From Neoechinorhynchus agilis (lineage: Eukaryota > Animalia > Acanthocephala): a stretch of 11,253 nt of DNA. Each line of letters starts with the position of its first letter. Within the stretch, counting starts at the first letter, position 1. Positions 8,177-11,253 of the stretch are shown one piece after another. The stretch is from contig JBMGUZ010000079.1 in the NCBI GenBank assembly GCA_051530055.1, forward strand, positions 1 to 11,253, given 5' to 3'. A program made the position numbers and the translations under genes. The notes below the pieces were generated by a model. It made no database searches and was not told the DNA's origin. It worked only from the letters and a program-made list of their open reading frames with translations.

Positions 8177-9208
8177 GCGGTTAAGCATTCTATGGTGCTT
8201 GGTCCGATGCGAGAGGTTAGAAAATGTAGAGCGAAGAAATCTAAAATCTGTGGTGATGATCGATATGACCAAGTTCGTTATATCACGAATACAATTGATT
8301 TTTGCGGAGACTAGTTTCAATTTCATGTGATAAAGAAAAAACGCATGATTTTTTTTTGAATTTGGAAACACCATCATTTTCACTAGGATGTTTAAGAACA
8401 GCACAATCGAAACGAAGTGATAAAATGCTTTTTTGTGACGGCTTTCTCGGAAAAAGAATGAAGTACAGGCAGTCTTTCAGGTTTTTAGATTATTATGTGA
8501 ATGTTTATGTTTTATGAATGATAATCAACTATTTGTGCTCGGTCAAAAGATGATTATGCTACATTGTAGACGAATGATCCACACCCTTAGCAAAGATTTT
8601 AATTTTGTTTAATTTGGTCGATGATGAGGTAGTGAAGTTGCGATGATCGAGGTTTGTTGGTAGCGATTGATATCCGGTACTTTTTGAATGATTCCAAAAT
8701 TTACTCTGGTGGTAATAAGTTATAAATCATTAATGAAGGAAATAACTAAAGATGCTTAGCTAAGTAATGATCAGTCTTATTCGTCAAATACTTATCTCCA
8801 TTAAAAATTTCTTCTTGTTGATTTTATGCTATAGGATGTTTGTTTAGAAATGAAAAGAAGAAATTTTTGTTGGCTTGGAGATCAGAATTCGATGATCGCT
8901 TTTTGTATTACTAGGATACCAAAATTAGGTGCTTTCTCCAAGCCAACCAAAACTGTTGCTTTTCATTTCAAAACAAATCTTCTTATCAGAAAGAAGAAAA
9001 TTATAATGGAAATAAGTTTTTGGTTTTTATCAGTATATTTAAGAATAATTGAAAAAGTGGTCGATCTTCATCGCAGATTGTTTGATGCGATTTTTGCCTT
9101 CCTGAGGCACGACGGCTTATTTTTCACTTATTTCTCTGTGCTTTTTTGAATATGTTGATGTATTTTGTACTTTACGAGAACTGTTGATATGCCCTTAATT
9201 TACTAAAG

Positions 9209-10262
9209 CTACAAGAGCGGTGTTTCGTTAGCCATAACAACTTTGACAGGACAGTGCTCAGTTTTCACATTGAAAGTGTTAATAAGTTCAGCGCTGATGA
9301 AATTACTCGAACTTCCACTATCAATTAGTGCTTTGATCTCAATGCCCAGGATGTTAGCTCTTACAATGGAATCGTTGAGAGGGCTTTTAGATTCTGTCAG
9401 AAGACTTGAAAGTATCGCAGAGCCTGTCAGCCTTTTATTATATCAGCTCGAAGTGGGCAGTTTGCTTCTTCTTTTAGTCTCACAAACAGATTTTAAATGC
9501 CCCAACTTATGGCAAAAATGGCACTGTACGCTATGAGGTGGACATCTCTCTCTCGGGTGAATCTTCCCCCCACAAAAACGAGAGCTATTGCGTGAGTGGT
9601 GCAACACCGACAGTGTTTCGAGCCCTGGATTAGAGAAGTGAGACTCGATCTCCTTTTCAGTTTTTGCCACGTTCACAACCACATCATTATTGCGGACGAC
9701 GTAGTCATTGACCTGTTCATGAGAGGCTTCTAGTGTGAGGGCCGTATCGAACGCTTTAGCCTTATCCATTGACAACGTTTCTAGGATTCGCTGACGAATT
9801 ACGTTAGATCGAACTCCAGAAATAAAGGCGTCACATAGGAGACTATCCTTGGCTTGGCTGGCAGTTAGGTTTCGCAAAAGAGCATCTCCTGGCTATTTTT
9901 TGCAAATTCTCGATGTACTGAGCCACAGACTGGCCATTTTACTGTTTCGCTGAATACACCTTGTATCTGCAGAAAATCTCATTTTTGGGCTTCAGAAACA
10001 TCTTGGAAAGCATTTCCATCACTTCACCGTAGGATGAACACGAATGTATGGTGTCGAACAACTGCGCAGAAACTGATATTCTTACGAGATCCAACTTGTC
10101 TTCCACACTAAACATGTTTGACCACTTCAGAAATAATTCGAATTTGTACCGCCAGTGATTCCAACATTGTTCGACATCAAGGTTATCAGGTGTCAGAATA
10201 AGCACCTCCGGTTTGAAGAATTTTCCTGAGATCAATTGAACGTCGGAATGCTTCGAATCCAT
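9209..10262 (-). mobile_element. Degenerate, truncated Ty3/gypsy-type LTR retrotransposon fragment: gag (CCHC knuckle) plus partial aspartic protease
   Basis: Gag-like motifs: KPEVLILTPD..QCWNHWRYKF, DKLDLV, KPKNEIFCRY, DAFISGVRSNVIRQRILE. Zinc knuckle CHFCHKLGHLKSVC at 9482-9523. In the same frame after TGA 9443-9445 is KALIDSGSSSNFIS (D-S-G at 9314-9322). Lesions: TAA at 9939-9941, a frameshift near 9875, and truncation at TAG 9209-9211. No RT, integrase or paired LTRs were seen. Confidence 0.9.
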
Positions 10263-10456
10263 GATATGTCCGGATTTCTCTTTGTGTGAATAAAATTGTC
10301 GTGGCCAATATCACCACACACCCCTTCGAAGACAAGTCCCACCTCCCTTGCCTTCAACATCCGTCATCCATACACCGTTTAGCAAAGATAGATGCTGGCA
10401 AGTGTTTGAATCGTGCTTTTCTTACATTAATAAAACGTGTTTATATATAAGCCGCA

Positions 10457-10749
10457 CTATATCAGATATCGAAATAGAGTCCGTGGTGATCTGAGAGGTC
10501 CCAGGCGTAAACAGATTGGTCGATTGTGGTGGCGAACCCGACCCGCTGCAAACAAACCCCTAAAATTGGTTAATTTAAAAGACTTATCGCAAACCGGACA
10601 CACACCAGTAGAAACGCGTTTGAGCTCGGCAGCGTTGGTCTTCTCAGGTTGAGCGCGATCGATAAGTTGCGCGTTCAAGGTGTCTTCGTCAGTAGCGTCG
10701 ATATGAACGCAGTTTGCTACTTGTTTTAAGTCGAGATTTTCTCTGAGAA
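10457..10749 (-). CDS. Putative terminal exon encoding a CPVC-type zinc-finger-like peptide; function unknown
   Basis: The frame is open from 10801 to TAG 10457-10459 (longer than the ORF track shows). It reads ...LRENLDLKQVANCVHIDATDEDTLNAQ...GVCPVCDKSFKLT...GRVRHHNRPIC. A pyrimidine-rich tract with two AG acceptors (ending 10750 and 10743) precedes it. Confidence 0.4.
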
Positions 10750-11031
10750 CTGAGCGTAAGGAATGACAATTATATAGAATAAAAATGAAGAATTGAGAAG
10801 TTTAAATTGATGATTTTCTCCTTGATAAATTGAAATGAGTAGCTATAGAACATTATCAAAAGAGTGAAATTCAATAAAAAAATTTGCTTGATTAAAGTTA
10901 CTGATACTGCTTTGGTATTTTATATCGAGATGTAATGTTGGAATTTCAGTAGATTAAAAAACGTGCACTATAAAATCTTAACCCTTAATGCTTTCACTCC
11001 GCTTAAAGTCCAAAAGTTTAATTATTTTCCT

Positions 11032-11253
11032 TCACGTAGCCTTTCGGCTCCGTTTGGCTGAACTGGCTAATTTCTCCGCATCGAATTCCTCAGCATATTT
11101 TTGAGCTTTTTCGTTGGCCAAAGAGTGCATGCGCTGATCGTGCGATTGGCTACTATCGATTACGTTAGGTGCGTCCTCCATCGCGAAACGATCCAACACC
11201 GAATCGTGACCATCCACCAAACCATGACTGGATTCTAGCAGAGGAGTTTGATC
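11032..11253 (-). CDS. Partial coding exon of an unknown minus-strand gene, running off the window end
   Basis: The frame is open from 11253 to TGA 11032-11034 (DQTPLLESSHGLVDGHDSVLDRFAMEDAP...AKRSRKAT). It is less AT-rich than its flanks. In-phase donors lie at 11035 and 10982. Confidence 0.45.
   Translation of the reverse strand, partial: DQTPLLESSHGLVDGHDSVLDRFAMEDAPNVIDSSQSHDQRMHSLANEKAQKYAEEFDAEKLASSAKRSRKAT

Noticed and set aside
8096-8517. ORFs 8096-8404, 8148-8330 and 8302-8517
   Set aside because: Low-complexity, partly microsatellite-driven, with no recognisable domains or convincing splice context.
8804-9149. ORF 8850-9149 (+) and a minus-strand frame 8804-9127 interrupted only by three TGAs, as support for UGA recoding
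   Set aside because: Neither translation resembles a known protein, so the TGAs cannot be tied to conserved residues.
10298-10307. TGGCCACGAC as the primer-binding site of the gypsy fragment
   Set aside because: The position is plausible (36 nt before the gag ATG), but no CA-ended LTR precedes it, no second LTR was found, and tRNA complementarity could not be tested.
10558-10564. Telomere-like CCCTAAA/TTTAGGG
   Set aside because: Single copy only; expected by chance.
9243-10652. Plus-strand ORFs 9243-9536 and 10437-10652
   Set aside because: Antisense shadows of the protease/gag frame and the zinc-finger frame.

Overview
Eukaryotic nuclear DNA with short spliceosomal introns, probably from a compact animal genome (inference; the organism cannot be identified here). 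In order: a degenerate LINE-like RT remnant (1-569); a near-perfect 234-bp tandem array of about 10.4 units (570-3004); two diverged head-to-tail 3' fragments of CRE-type non-LTR retrotransposons with a restriction-like endonuclease, each ending in A8 (about 3833-5526); a multi-exon N4BP2/NONU-1-like gene (P-loop kinase-like, CUE, DUF1771, Smr; 5785-8043); a broken Ty3/gypsy gag-protease fragment on the minus strand (9209-10262); and the 3' part of an unknown minus-strand gene with a zinc-finger-like motif that runs off the window end. The most interesting points are in-frame TGA codons in the middle of the N4BP2-like gene that short canonical introns do not easily remove, its apparently inactivated kinase motifs, the stacked CRE fragments, and an array whose two end junctions share a variant absent from all internal junctions. 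All family assignments come from recalled motifs; no database search was run.
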